Shown here: piece after piece, positions 1 to 9,975 of the stretch
How the letters are laid out: the number at the start of each line of letters is the position of its first letter
How positions within the stretch are numbered: position 1 is the stretch's first letter
IMG/VR virus record: IMGVR_UViG_3300006754_000014
Span: 4,685 to 68,684 of that record
Strand: one strand, 5' to 3'
DNA length: 64,000 bases
Source of the DNA: a virus
Program-made: the position numbers and the translations under genes
Notes under the pieces: model-generated
Databases searched by the model: none
What the model saw: the letters and a program-made list of their open reading frames with translations, nothing else
What the model was told of the DNA's origin: nothing

Positions 1-891
1 CGCGACGAAGGCAATTTGATACTGGTAACGAGCAAGAATAAGGACAGCAGAAGCCAAACCAGGCCCGTCCACGGCCATAGGAAGAGCATCGTATAAACGC
101 CGCATAAGAACAGAAGGATCATTATCCATGTTATCAGATACCCACTTCCTGACGGCAGTAAAGTCCTTCTCCTTAAGTTTTTTAACAAGCTCATTAATGG
201 ATACGTCCGAAAACGTTGCTAAAATACCAGTGTCTATTGTACCACCAGCCGAATACCTTTGGCACTCATTTAAGACCCTTCTCCAGTCTGGGAAGTGTTT
301 ATTAATAAGTTCTGCCAGAACCTTCTTGTCAGCTTCGCACCTCTCCTGGTCCAAGATAGTGTTAAGTCTGGTGAAGAAAGCAGCCGCAATCTCTTGTTTC
401 TCTTTTCCCCTAACCGAGAATTCAATAACAGAACACCGCGAGTGGAGGGGTTCGATGATTTTATTTTTATAATTACAGGTAAAGATGAATCTACAGTTTT
501 TGTAGAACGATTCAATATTCGCCCGTAAGAGTAATTGTACGTCATGGGTTGTATTGTCAGCCTCATCTATAATGATGACTTTATGTTTATCCGATGTAGT
601 AAGAGAAACTGTGGAAGCAAAATTCTTTGCAGTATTTCTTACCGTATCCAAAAATCTCCCTTCATCAGATCCATTGATAACATAAGAATCAACGCCAAGT
701 TCATTGCAGAGTGCCTTGGCAACAGTAGTTTTACCAATACCAGGTGGACCAGAAAGAAGAAGGTTTGGAATTTCTCCTTTATTTAGGAAATCTCTAAAGG
801 TTTTCTTTATATTCTCTGGAAGAATACAATCTTCAATCGTTTTGGGTCTATACTTTTCAACCCAAAGAAATTCATTACGAGTCGTGGTCAT
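1..891 (-). CDS. g44: Clamp loader large subunit (T4 gp44-like), 3' end runs off the window
   Basis: Not in the ORF track. Manual translation from ATG at 891 gives MTTTRNEFLWVEKYRPK, Walker A GPPGIGKT, IIIDEAD and SRC motifs of RFC-like clamp loaders; lies downstream of g45. Confidence 0.95.
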   Translation of the reverse strand, partial: MTTTRNEFLWVEKYRPKTIEDCILPENIKKTFRDFLNKGEIPNLLLSGPPGIGKTTVAKALCNELGVDSYVINGSDEGRFLDTVRNTAKNFASTVSLTTSDKHKVIIIDEADNTTHDVQLLLRANIESFYKNCRFIFTCNYKNKIIEPLHSRCSVIEFSVRGKEKQEIAAAFFTRLNTILDQERCEADKKVLAELINKHFPDWRRVLNECQRYSAGGTIDTGILATFSDVSINELVKKLKEKDFTAVRKWVSDNMDNDPSVLMRRLYDALPMAVDGPGLASAVLILARYQYQIAFVA

Positions 892-1126
892 GTTTTTTTA
901 TGCTAGCCTCCCATTCTTGTAGTGATGATTGACAATCTGGTGGTTCTGGATCCTTATAACCTTTGATCTTTTTCCAATCAACATGCATGGCACCAAGCAT
1001 CCATGATTGAGATAAAGACTTGGGACCTTTCTCTAAGAGTTCACACTGCATAAGCGAGAGTCTATGCCCTGCGAGATCAAGATACTCAGACCTCCAATTA
1101 GAATCGTCATAAGGTTTATTCTTCAT
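875..1126 (-). CDS. Hypothetical phage protein
   Basis: 83-aa ORF tightly overlapping its neighbours in the g45-g44 operon. Confidence 0.75.
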   Translation of the reverse strand: MKNKPYDDSNWRSEYLDLAGHRLSLMQCELLEKGPKSLSQSWMLGAMHVDWKKIKGYKDPEPPDCQSSLQEWEASIKKHDHDS

Positions 1127-1388
1127 AATTCCTCAATCTAACATAATAAGGTGCAAGAGAGTGAGTACTGAAATTAGGATCCGGCATAATCCCCCTCTCT
1201 AAATTCAATTCCTGTAACAAATACCATTGACCATCATCTTCAGCCCTTTCTAATATCTCCACATATTCTACGCCAGATTTCAACAGACGCACAGCCTCAT
1301 CCTGAGCATCTGTCCAGTCTTCATACTCCTTTTCTCCCACACGTTCATGAGAATATTCATTACTTAATTGACATACCTTATACATCAT
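1116..1388 (-). CDS. Hypothetical protein
   Basis: 90-aa acidic ORF overlapping the flanking genes. Confidence 0.7.
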   Translation of the reverse strand: MMYKVCQLSNEYSHERVGEKEYEDWTDAQDEAVRLLKSGVEYVEILERAEDDGQWYLLQELNLERGIMPDPNFSTHSLAPYYVRLRNYEE

Positions 1389-2070
1389 CCCATGAGATAT
1401 CAGGTTCTAAAGCAATATAGTAAGTCAAATCATAATTCTTACTAACAAACCTAGAAAGCAATTTCTTAGAAATTACTACTTCATAAGTTCCAGGAAGAAT
1501 CTTAATATTTTCTACCTTAAAATTAAGAACAAAAGTATTATCAGTCTCTCCTACAATTATTGAAAAATCATTCGATGTGTCACTCTTCTTATCCCTAACA
1601 ACTAATTTAACAACGCCATTCTCACCAACAACAGAAAGATCTGGAAGTTGATACACATAAGATGCTTTCAACAACTTATCTAATTGTTCAGTCTCAAGAA
1701 CAAAACTGATATCTTCACTTGGGAGGTGTAAAGATTTATCTGGAGGCGTTACAATAACAGTAGCATCCGCAAAGAAATATTTTGATCTAGACTTACCTTC
1801 CTTTATTACCACATAGGAATCGTTAGCAAAGTCTAGTTCCGGTTTCTTATGCAAGGAAAGTCCATTAAGAAACTGATTAAGATCATAGATACCAAAGTCT
1901 TTTGGAATCTCTTCTTCTATATGTACCTCAGCAAGAATATTCTTCATGACTGAAATAGTACGAAGTTTTGAACCAGCCTTAAAAAGAATTGACTGATTAA
2001 TAGTTGAAAAGTTTTTTAATAACGAAAGTGTTTTGTCAGAAAGTTTCATAACCACGGGTCGGAGTTTCAT
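1378..2070 (-). CDS. g45: DNA polymerase sliding clamp (gp45)
   Basis: MKLSDKTLSLLKNFSTINQSI N-terminus, FGIYDLNQFL and YYIALE C-terminus are typical of gp45. Alternative start at 2049. Confidence 0.95.
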   Translation of the reverse strand: MKLRPVVMKLSDKTLSLLKNFSTINQSILFKAGSKLRTISVMKNILAEVHIEEEIPKDFGIYDLNQFLNGLSLHKKPELDFANDSYVVIKEGKSRSKYFFADATVIVTPPDKSLHLPSEDISFVLETEQLDKLLKASYVYQLPDLSVVGENGVVKLVVRDKKSDTSNDFSIIVGETDNTFVLNFKVENIKILPGTYEVVISKKLLSRFVSKNYDLTYYIALEPDISWDDV

Positions 2071-2533
2071 TTTGTGTGTTGCCGCTGAAATAGTATAACA
2101 GAAGGCAGTAGTGCATTGCTTTTAGTATATCACGCTTTGCTTGTCCCTTCTTATCATACCTACTCAAATACTTAATGGCATTAGATCGACAGAAAGATTC
2201 CGCATCACCTACGGAATGAATAAGGTCAAGAGTTTGTACATTAGAACCATCATTAGTATAATGTCCTTGATATGTTGAAGAAATATAATCAGAAAGATCA
2301 CGCATACTTTTATCTTCTTGGTATTTCCTATAATCAGATTGTTCAAAATCGGCTACAGGTTTTTTTCCTATAACTTCTTTATAATTCTCTTCAGCCTTCA
2401 TTAAGTGATCAACAAGTTTAGCATAATCATCAGGTTCTTCTGGTTTCTCAGTCATCTTCTTCTCCTTTATAGGGTAAGTTTCATCCATAGTACCATTAAT
2501 TTCTTCCCATAATAAACTCCAAGCATTAACCAT
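2036..2533 (-). CDS. DUF3310-like protein
   Basis: TYQGHY...FCRSNAIKYLSRYDKKG...DILKAMHY motif. Confidence 0.7.
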   Translation of the reverse strand: MVNAWSLLWEEINGTMDETYPIKEKKMTEKPEEPDDYAKLVDHLMKAEENYKEVIGKKPVADFEQSDYRKYQEDKSMRDLSDYISSTYQGHYTNDGSNVQTLDLIHSVGDAESFCRSNAIKYLSRYDKKGQAKRDILKAMHYCLLLYYFSGNTQNETPTRGYETF

Positions 2534-2553
2534 AAGTACCTCATAGAATTATA

Positions 2554-3438
2554 TCAGTCTGTAAGTTGGAAGTCAATATCAACTTTATCATACAATTCCA
2601 AAAACGACTTTTTTGTTTCATCATCAAAACGATTCAAACAGAATCGAAGTGACTTTTCCTTATCTTTAAAAATTTTATAAGCATTAACAATATGAACCAA
2701 ACGACGAGTAGAGATAATCTCATCTACTCCGCCATCATAGAATGTTTTTCTAATGATGTCACCCCAATCCACAAGACGCTTACAAAACTTAGCGTCATCG
2801 AAATGTTTTGAAAGAATTCTTTGTTCTATGTTAGGGGTTGGATATTCTTGTTCAAAAGTTACAGGGAATCTTTCAAGGAATGCTTCATTAAGTACATTAG
2901 TACCAATGAACCTACCATCATCAGATCCTTTACCCTTTGTATTAGCAGTTGCGATAACATTAAAACCTGGAGAAGGTTTAATAAACCTACCAATTTTCTT
3001 CAGAAAAACTCCCTTACCTTCAAGGATAGATTGGAGACATAGAATCTTATTAGAAGCAAGATCAATCTCATCTAAAAGGAGTGTAGCTCCCCTTTCCAAT
3101 GCCTCGACAACTGGACCGTTATGCCATACAGTGTTACCATCAACAAGGCGAAACCCACCAATAAGGTCATCTTCGTCTGTTTCAATTGTTATGTTGACAC
3201 GGATTAACTCTTTATTTAGTTGAGCACACGCTTGTTCGATACTAAACGTTTTACCATTACCCGAAAGACCCGTAAGAAATATAGGGTAGAATAAACGGGA
3301 CTTAATAATGTTTTTAATATCGTTAAACGGACCAAACTTGACGAAGGTATCATCTTTTTCAGGGATAAGATTTTGTAACGGCGTTTCAATTGCAGATTTT
3401 TCTGAATGAGTTCGTTTTATAAGTTTGTGTTCGATCAT
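2554..3438 (-). CDS. cobS: CobS-like MoxR-family AAA+ ATPase
   Basis: Walker A GLSGNGKT, Walker B LLLDEID, ATANTKG, NEAFLERF and ISTRRL motifs. Confidence 0.9.
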   Translation of the reverse strand: MIEHKLIKRTHSEKSAIETPLQNLIPEKDDTFVKFGPFNDIKNIIKSRLFYPIFLTGLSGNGKTFSIEQACAQLNKELIRVNITIETDEDDLIGGFRLVDGNTVWHNGPVVEALERGATLLLDEIDLASNKILCLQSILEGKGVFLKKIGRFIKPSPGFNVIATANTKGKGSDDGRFIGTNVLNEAFLERFPVTFEQEYPTPNIEQRILSKHFDDAKFCKRLVDWGDIIRKTFYDGGVDEIISTRRLVHIVNAYKIFKDKEKSLRFCLNRFDDETKKSFLELYDKVDIDFQLTD

Positions 3439-3492
3439 TCATGTAACGAATCAATATAATTATAATAACCCAATTAAATTTAATTTACTATC

Positions 3493-3741
3493 TTAAGTAG
3501 ACACTTTCTTGGTTGTACCAGTACTTGGTCCAGTAACTGGAATAGGTCCTTTTGGTCGATTCGGTGGAATTGCCACTGGAGAACTATTAGATCCAGATAG
3601 TAATTGTAAAGCCTGAATACCACCATCCAACTTATAGAATTTCTCTTTCAATACCAATATAGTGGCTTCTCCTTCTTTAATTTGGGCAAGGACAGTTTGT
3701 TTTTGTTTCTGGAAATCAGCGAGTAATTCTTCTACAGTCAT
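3493..3741 (-). CDS. Hypothetical coiled-coil protein with Pro-rich tail, probably late-expressed
   Basis: 82-aa ORF with an ATAAATA late-promoter motif at 3762-3768 just upstream. Confidence 0.7.
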   Translation of the reverse strand: MTVEELLADFQKQKQTVLAQIKEGEATILVLKEKFYKLDGGIQALQLLSGSNSSPVAIPPNRPKGPIPVTGPSTGTTKKVST

Positions 3742-3767
3742 ATCAAAAAATTGAATCGTTTTATTTA

Positions 3768-5873
3768 TTATACCACCATTTCAATAAATTCGTCCAAAAC
3801 CCTTTTATTCATTTTTTTAGATTTAAGAGATTTTTTGAAAGCACTTCCTATTTGAACCTTAGTTGCATCTTCTCTAACTTCAAAAGAAGTATCATTATTC
3901 AAGACCTTTGAAGAGATAGCAATATAAGAATCGTAAAGATTATTTCTTACAGAAACAGATCTATTCTTTTTCCAATTCTCACGAATTTCCTCCTTATCTT
4001 TAACAAGAAGCATATCCATAAAACTTGTAAAATCACGTGTAGAATTAATCAATCTAATACCAACAAAATTAGTAAAAGGAAATCTATTCTTTAGTTGACG
4101 TAAAAAGGGTTTTGTTTGGTATGGAGAATTTACAAAAGAATAAACATATCCAGTCATACGATCTCTTAGATAACAACTACCCGTTCTAATAGAGGCAAAA
4201 CCAAGATAAAGTTCATCTTCCCAATTTCTTTGCACATTAACTCTACGTTTCACAGAAGTAGCTTCACCATCAGTTAAGATAATACAGTGAACTTTTTGTA
4301 GACTATATCTTTTCTTAAATTGTGGAATAATTTTATTAAGAGATATCAATGCCTCATTGAGAGGAGTTCCAGAAAGATTTACACGATCTGGTACACAATA
4401 AGTACAATTATACCTATTATTATAAGCATAAGAAATTCTATACAAGTTTTTAATCTGATTATCCAATTCCTTACCCTTACACTTACTAGTAAGAATATTC
4501 ATCAATGAAAAATTATTCGGAATATGAACTACATGATTCTTAGGTTCATAATGATCTGGCCCCTGTACTTTACCATTCCATTCATTGGTAAAAGCATATA
4601 CATCAAAGGGAAGTCCAACCTTCTTACAGAACCATACCAAATTAAAAAGTTGTTTACATGTATCATGAAGAACTTCATGCATAGATCCAGACCAATCCAA
4701 CAGAAAGATCAATCCATGACTCTTTCCATCTGGAACTACCGTAATCTTTTTAAAAATATCTTCATTCCATTTATAGGTATGAATGGAATTCATATCAAGA
4801 ACTCCAGTCTTAGAATTTAAAGATCTCTTATAACTATCGGCAGACTTACGACATTCAAATTCTTTTATAAGATAATTAACTTCACGCTGGGCAGATTTTT
4901 TAAACTGATTAAAATCTTCATCAACTTTTACAAAATTATTTGTTCCTACTCTATAAGTTTGTTCCTTAAAATTATTTTCAACATGATCACTAAATTCAAT
5001 ATTATCAATAATAATAGTATCTAGATTAACTGATGGAATTTCAAGATAAACATTTTCTCTATAATACCTATCACTAGAAAGGGTTTCTAATGCCTCATCA
5101 AAAGATTCTTGAGTCTCTACAACAGGTTTAGAAGGAGTATGAGAAACCACCCCACTATCAGCGCCGCCAGTATTGTTGCTCCTTTTAGGAGTAACAGGGC
5201 CATCACTATCAGTATTGGAGCAAACGTCGTTACTAGAAATATCGTCAGAGGAATCAGAACCAATGCTTGAAGAATCCAATTTTTCTTCCAAATCTTTCGG
5301 ATCCTTTTGAGGGGTTTCTTCTTTTTTGATTTCTTCGGTACAATAGTTGTGGAGGATTGTGGAGGCATGAATTACATCTTCAAAAGTTTCTACATCTAAT
5401 ACAGTATTTACAATATCCATTTCTCTCTTAGAAAAACGAATATCAATAAAAGGACCGATTTTAGTATTAAGATTAATTTTATCAGCAAGACTCATCTTAT
5501 TAACATCAGTGTCTTCTATACAGAAAAAATCTTGATCGGCTAATTCTTTGTATCCATTATAAAATGTTTTTTTGAGTCCAGGATATTTGCGACGCATCAA
5601 TTTCTCAATACGAACATCTTCCACTACATTAATAACAGATGGAAAAGTACCCATACACTCCTTTAAATCCGCTTCAGGAGTAAAGAGTGCATGACCTACT
5701 TCATGACCCACTAGAAGGTCATATACGACGTTTGAGGCAAGGTTCCATGAAGGAAGGGTCAGTACACGATTCACAACATCAAAAGAAGCTGTAGAAACAT
5801 CTCTGTGTTCTATAACCAAATCTTCTGTTGCTAGAAGACGTGCTAGATTTTCCTTAACCTCATTACGATTCAT
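3768..5873 (-). CDS. CobT-like metallopeptidase/VWA protein (MoxR partner)
   Basis: N-terminal HEVGH (HExxH) plus EDVRIE, acidic linker, VWA MIDAS motif LLDWSGSM...GTPL...LTDGE. Confidence 0.85.
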   Translation of the reverse strand: MNRNEVKENLARLLATEDLVIEHRDVSTASFDVVNRVLTLPSWNLASNVVYDLLVGHEVGHALFTPEADLKECMGTFPSVINVVEDVRIEKLMRRKYPGLKKTFYNGYKELADQDFFCIEDTDVNKMSLADKINLNTKIGPFIDIRFSKREMDIVNTVLDVETFEDVIHASTILHNYCTEEIKKEETPQKDPKDLEEKLDSSSIGSDSSDDISSNDVCSNTDSDGPVTPKRSNNTGGADSGVVSHTPSKPVVETQESFDEALETLSSDRYYRENVYLEIPSVNLDTIIIDNIEFSDHVENNFKEQTYRVGTNNFVKVDEDFNQFKKSAQREVNYLIKEFECRKSADSYKRSLNSKTGVLDMNSIHTYKWNEDIFKKITVVPDGKSHGLIFLLDWSGSMHEVLHDTCKQLFNLVWFCKKVGLPFDVYAFTNEWNGKVQGPDHYEPKNHVVHIPNNFSLMNILTSKCKGKELDNQIKNLYRISYAYNNRYNCTYCVPDRVNLSGTPLNEALISLNKIIPQFKKRYSLQKVHCIILTDGEATSVKRRVNVQRNWEDELYLGFASIRTGSCYLRDRMTGYVYSFVNSPYQTKPFLRQLKNRFPFTNFVGIRLINSTRDFTSFMDMLLVKDKEEIRENWKKNRSVSVRNNLYDSYIAISSKVLNNDTSFEVREDATKVQIGSAFKKSLKSKKMNKRVLDEFIEMVV

Positions 5874-6106
5874 TTGGATCTCAGTTCCTTAACGATACGA
5901 ATAGCCTCATTAATATCAAGATCCCATCCATAATCTGGATGAGGATCCACAAGCATTTTAACTATATCTTCATCAGTCTCACCTTTTGCATATAAAGCAG
6001 CAATTTTTGCTTCACAAATATAATCTTCATATGTCGCATTATCACCCAAATCAGCAGGCATGTGCATTGGTTCAGCTTTGTGAACCTTGCGAACAACGTT
6101 AGACAT
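5870..6106 (-). CDS. Hypothetical early protein
   Basis: 78-aa ORF directly downstream of an early-type promoter (6132-6190). Confidence 0.7.
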   Translation of the reverse strand: MSNVVRKVHKAEPMHMPADLGDNATYEDYICEAKIAALYAKGETDEDIVKMLVDPHPDYGWDLDINEAIRIVKELRSK

Positions 6107-6278
6107 GTGTACGGAGGTTTAGTACTTTCTCAATATACGACGAAACCCGCCTCTTGGGCGGGTTCAATAGACGGTTTAACAAGTGTCTACGTCTTTCTCT
6201 AGCACTTCGTAGTGCCTGTGGTTTAAGAGTCCTCTTCTGACTCTTCTTGCTGTGATGTTGCCAATTTGGAACGTTCAT
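6099..6278 (-). CDS. Small basic hypothetical protein (59 aa)
   Basis: Manual translation MNVPNWQHHSKKSQKRTLKPQALRSARERRRHLLNRLL...; below the ORF-track cutoff. Confidence 0.55.
   Translation of the reverse strand: MNVPNWQHHSKKSQKRTLKPQALRSARERRRHLLNRLLNPPKRRVSSYIEKVLNLRTHV
6132..6190 (-). promoter_or_regulatory. Early-type promoter: palindromic upstream element, hairpin and TATATT -10
   Basis: CGGTT-TAAC-AAGTG core (6172-6185) lies 34 nt from the minus-strand TATATT (6132-6137); same geometry as the sites at 57359 and 63556. Confidence 0.7.
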
Positions 6279-6381
6279 GGATCTGACTTAAATAACGATC
6301 ACTTCTGGGGTCTGTTATTAAGACCATTCCTGATTCGTGGAATGATTCAGCGTAATCGACGGGTCTTCTTATATTGGTCAT
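6223..6381 (-). CDS. Small hypothetical protein (52 aa)
   Basis: MTNIRRPVDYAESFHESGMVLITDPRSDRYL...; start overlaps the g46 stop (ATGA). Confidence 0.55.
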   Translation of the reverse strand: MTNIRRPVDYAESFHESGMVLITDPRSDRYLSQIHERSKLATSQQEESEEDS

Positions 6382-8090
6382 TCTACTATTCTACTAAATC
6401 CTTTGATTTTGTCAAACTTTATTACGTTAAGAAATTTATCAAGTAAATCTGACTTATGAGATATAACAAATATATTTGCGTTCTTAATAACGAATCTTAT
6501 AATCTTCAAAAACTCATCTGTTCCAAACCCATCAAGAGAAGAATCAAAAACCTCATCCATAATTAACAGATTGGTATTTGCTGAATTTTTATACCTAGCA
6601 ACCTCTCTCCAAGTGAACAGAAGGGCCAAATCAATTCTCATTTTTTCTCCTTCCGAAAAAGAAGAATAGGAGAAGTCTTCGTGAATTGGGGATTGGATAG
6701 TCTCGTTGAACTCTTCGTCTAATTGGAAGTTGATGTAAAAATCCATCATTTGAAGGTACTTATTAACCTGTTGATTAATGAATGGTAAGTACTTCTTAAT
6801 GATACTTGTTTTTACGCCTCCGTCCTTTAAAAGACTGTAAACGAAATCATATTCAGAGATCTTCTGTTTTAAATCGGTTAACTTTTCAAATACTCCAGAT
6901 AATTGTTTCTTAAACGAATTTAACTTCTCATGCTCAGTATTTCGGTTCTGTAATGTATTGGTAATGACTTGAATTTCATGTTCCAGATCCTTCGATTGAG
7001 TTCTGAAATCTTCAATCCGAGTATTGTTTTGAGAAATGCCATGCGTTAGGGAAATAACCTCCTTTGATACTTGATTAAATTGGCGCTCTAGTTGTTCGGT
7101 TTTACTAATTGCGTCCTTGAGTTCATTAAACCCAAGTTGCAACTCATTTATCTTATTTTGAGCGAGAACAATTCTATTTAAGCGAATGTTTTCTTCTATA
7201 TCCTGATCACATGTAGGGCATGTTACATTCTCTTCAAAAAATTTATGTTCCTTATCAATTGTTTGTATTTTATTCTCCAATTGACCTCTAATAGTACTTA
7301 ATTTCTTAAGTTTCTTTGGTGCTCCAATAAGAGTTTCTAATGTTTTTTGTTTAGATTCAATTGATTCTTGATTGTTTTTATTTTTAGATATTAGATCAGT
7401 AATTTCTCCATTAATATCAGTACATTTCTTTGTATACTTCTCAATATTATCTTGACCGCGAGTCTCAGCATCAGAAATAAAGTGTTCTTGCATTGTCACT
7501 TTATCTTTAATGGATTCTTTACTTAATTGTAAAGTTCTTATATCTTCCTTTATTACACGAATTTTATTCTTTACAATATCATTCATAGAAGAAAAGATCT
7601 TAATATCTAAAAGATCTTCAATCACTTCTCTACGATGAGAAGCTGTCAATTGCATAAACGGAACAAAGTTACTACTACCCAGAATTACAATCTGTGTAAA
7701 AGATTTGTAATTCATCTTCAATACATTCTGTTCTAACCACTTCTGTTGATCATTAGCATTAGAAAATTGATCCATCACAGAACCATTTCTATGAATCTCA
7801 AAGATGTTTGGTTTTATTCCTCGAACTACCTTCCATCCAGTATCTCCTATAGAAAACTCTATCTCTACCCTACAATCCTTCTCATTAGTAGTATTAACTA
7901 ACTGACCTTTATTAATTTTACGAAATGGTTTGCCAAATAAAGTAAACGTCAATGCATCCAGCACGGTACTCTTACCAGCACCATTAGTTCCAATAACTAA
8001 CGTAGTATCTGTTTCATTTAAAATAATCTCAGTCGGATGATTTCCAGTAGATAAAAAATTCTTCCAACGAATTTTCTCAAAAATGATCAT
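6378..8090 (-). CDS. g46: Recombination endonuclease ATPase subunit (gp46, Rad50/SbcC-like)
   Basis: WKNFLSTGN, Walker A GTNGAGKST, Zn-hook CPTC, signature FSEGEK, Walker B IMDEVFD. Confidence 0.97.
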   Translation of the reverse strand: MIIFEKIRWKNFLSTGNHPTEIILNETDTTLVIGTNGAGKSTVLDALTFTLFGKPFRKINKGQLVNTTNEKDCRVEIEFSIGDTGWKVVRGIKPNIFEIHRNGSVMDQFSNANDQQKWLEQNVLKMNYKSFTQIVILGSSNFVPFMQLTASHRREVIEDLLDIKIFSSMNDIVKNKIRVIKEDIRTLQLSKESIKDKVTMQEHFISDAETRGQDNIEKYTKKCTDINGEITDLISKNKNNQESIESKQKTLETLIGAPKKLKKLSTIRGQLENKIQTIDKEHKFFEENVTCPTCDQDIEENIRLNRIVLAQNKINELQLGFNELKDAISKTEQLERQFNQVSKEVISLTHGISQNNTRIEDFRTQSKDLEHEIQVITNTLQNRNTEHEKLNSFKKQLSGVFEKLTDLKQKISEYDFVYSLLKDGGVKTSIIKKYLPFINQQVNKYLQMMDFYINFQLDEEFNETIQSPIHEDFSYSSFSEGEKMRIDLALLFTWREVARYKNSANTNLLIMDEVFDSSLDGFGTDEFLKIIRFVIKNANIFVISHKSDLLDKFLNVIKFDKIKGFSRIVE

Positions 8091-8362
8091 GTATAATTTG
8101 GTGGTATGACAATATCATCAGGCGTGATCACAACATATTGATAATCATGAAATTCACAAACCTTTTTAACTAGATCACTTTCAACTTCAACAACCTTAAG
8201 TTTAGGATGTCTCCCATCAAGTTCCAATTGATATGAATATCTCTCAGCATCCTCTGACTCTTCAAACATAAAGATAGTCTCATTTCCCCCATCATCAATG
8301 ATGGAATAAGCACCGCCAGTACTTTCTTCCTCTTCAGGGTCATGAACACTGAGTATATACAC
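8087..8362 (-). CDS. Conserved hypothetical protein (DUF3110-like)
   Basis: FEESEDAERY...L and IVIPP pattern; sits between g47 and g46. Confidence 0.65.
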   Translation of the reverse strand: MYILSVHDPEEEESTGGAYSIIDDGGNETIFMFEESEDAERYSYQLELDGRHPKLKVVEVESDLVKKVCEFHDYQYVVITPDDIVIPPNYT

Positions 8363-9414
8363 TATTCTACCACCTCACACGCTTCTTTGTAAACCTCTTG
8401 AACCACATTCTTAATTGATTGACTATCAATATCAGTTTCCGATTCATCAATATATCTAGTCAGAATGGAAAGAGTATCTTCTGATTCTGTAGCTTCAAAT
8501 TGATCCTTCGAATACCAACCAGAAAAATCAACACTCTCAATAATTTTCAAATCAGCTACATTTGAAGAGAATAATTTATCGATAAACTTTTCAAATTTCT
8601 TCTGATCGGATTTTTTACGAACAATAAGTTTTACAATTTTATTTTCATACTCTCTAGTATCAAAAGTTTGATAATTGGTATCTTCATAATAAATTTTATA
8701 AAAAATATTATAAGGATTATTGATAGCAGTATACTCTAAAGTTTCCGTATCAAAAACATGAAATCCTCTTGTATCTCCATAATCATTCCAATAAATTTCA
8801 TATGGATTTCCTAAGTAATTAATATTACCTTCTATACTCCTAGTATGATAATGTCCAGATAATACCTTTTTAAAATTTTTATATACATTCTTATCAGCAC
8901 CATGTTCCATTATACAATGGAGATTGGCAGCAAAACCTTTAAGTTCAAGATGTCCCATAGCAACTGAACACTTTGATTTTGTTATTTTCTTATATGTACT
9001 TTCTTCGTTTTCAGAATTAATCCATGGAATAAATGCTATATCCAAACCACCGATATTTAATTCCTCATATTCACTGACAACATGAATATTATCGTACTCT
9101 CGTAATAATAATTCGCAAGTATTAACTCTGTTAGTATTCTTATAATAGGCGGTGTGATTACCGACAAGACATGTAAGATTAATCCCCCTATCGCGTAGTA
9201 GTTGGAAATAGTTGTCTTTAGCCCACCTGAGTGCAGAATAATTAATGCCTGTCCTGTTATCAAAAGTATCACCCATATCAATGCAAACGGAGATATTATT
9301 ATCATCCAGATACGGGAAAAAAACTTCATCATAGAACTTCTGAAAGAAGTCATGAAATAATTTAGAATTTTTACGGGCGCCAAAATGTTGATCGCTTATA
9401 ATGGCGATTTTCAT
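8362..9414 (-). CDS. g47: Recombination endonuclease nuclease subunit (gp47, Mre11/SbcD-like)
   Basis: Metallophosphoesterase motifs DQHFG, GDTFD, GNH, GHYH. Confidence 0.96.
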   Translation of the reverse strand: MKIAIISDQHFGARKNSKLFHDFFQKFYDEVFFPYLDDNNISVCIDMGDTFDNRTGINYSALRWAKDNYFQLLRDRGINLTCLVGNHTAYYKNTNRVNTCELLLREYDNIHVVSEYEELNIGGLDIAFIPWINSENEESTYKKITKSKCSVAMGHLELKGFAANLHCIMEHGADKNVYKNFKKVLSGHYHTRSIEGNINYLGNPYEIYWNDYGDTRGFHVFDTETLEYTAINNPYNIFYKIYYEDTNYQTFDTREYENKIVKLIVRKKSDQKKFEKFIDKLFSSNVADLKIIESVDFSGWYSKDQFEATESEDTLSILTRYIDESETDIDSQSIKNVVQEVYKEACEVVE

Positions 9415-9896
9415 CAGCGACTCATCTTCGATCGAACATTGTCCTTAATTGAATTGTACTCTGATCTCTCATTACTTGTCAACTCCCCATCAGATACAAA
9501 TACTTGTTCGAATCCCGTCTTTTCAATAATCTTCTCTTTAATCTCCAATTGTTTCTTTTCTTTCTGAATTCGTCTCAAGAAAGCATAATGAACAATTTGA
9601 GTAAAATAAGCAAATGGATTCTGAGATTTCTCTGGATTAAAATTGTTTATATATTGAACACAATTCTCAATACCATCACAAATCATATCATCCTTGAACA
9701 TATAGTTCACAAAATTTGGTTTATAGGATAAATGAGTTGCGATCTTTAAAAAACATTCCCCAATATAATTAGTAATCCTAGGTCTACCTATCCCCTTGGC
9801 ATCAGCAATAGCGACCTGATCTTTATAATCTATAATAGCAATCAAGAACTGCTTATTATTAACATAATGTTCTGACTTTTTTCTACGAGCAGCCAT
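9414..9896 (-). CDS. g55: Late-transcription sigma factor (gp55)
   Basis: HYVNNKQF, IGECFLKIA, NFNPEKS.NPFAYFTQI motifs. Confidence 0.96.
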   Translation of the reverse strand: MAARRKKSEHYVNNKQFLIAIIDYKDQVAIADAKGIGRPRITNYIGECFLKIATHLSYKPNFVNYMFKDDMICDGIENCVQYINNFNPEKSQNPFAYFTQIVHYAFLRRIQKEKKQLEIKEKIIEKTGFEQVFVSDGELTSNERSEYNSIKDNVRSKMSR

Positions 9897-9918
9897 ATAA
9901 TGCCTTCAAGATAAAGTA

Positions 9919-9947
9919 ATCCTATCAAATAAATCGATTCTTGACAA
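9919..9947 (-). promoter_or_regulatory. Candidate sigma70 promoter for g55
   Basis: Minus strand TTGTCA-17nt-TAGGAT, ending 22 nt upstream of the g55 start. Confidence 0.45.
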
Positions 9948-9975
9948 GTCTATGTAACTTGACAGGTCTATGTAA
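9940..9975. repeat. Tandem 18-bp duplication
   Basis: CTTGACAAGTCTATGTAA / CTTGACAGGTCTATGTAA (1 mismatch). Confidence 0.9.

Noticed and set aside
128-922. Several ORF-track calls over the first 900 bp
   Set aside because: Shadow frames of g44, which runs off the window edge and so was not called by the track.
6143-6165. GC-rich hairpin resembling a terminator
   Set aside because: It has only a 3-nt U tract and sits between the palindrome and -10 of a class-A promoter, like the hairpins near 57382 and 63532.
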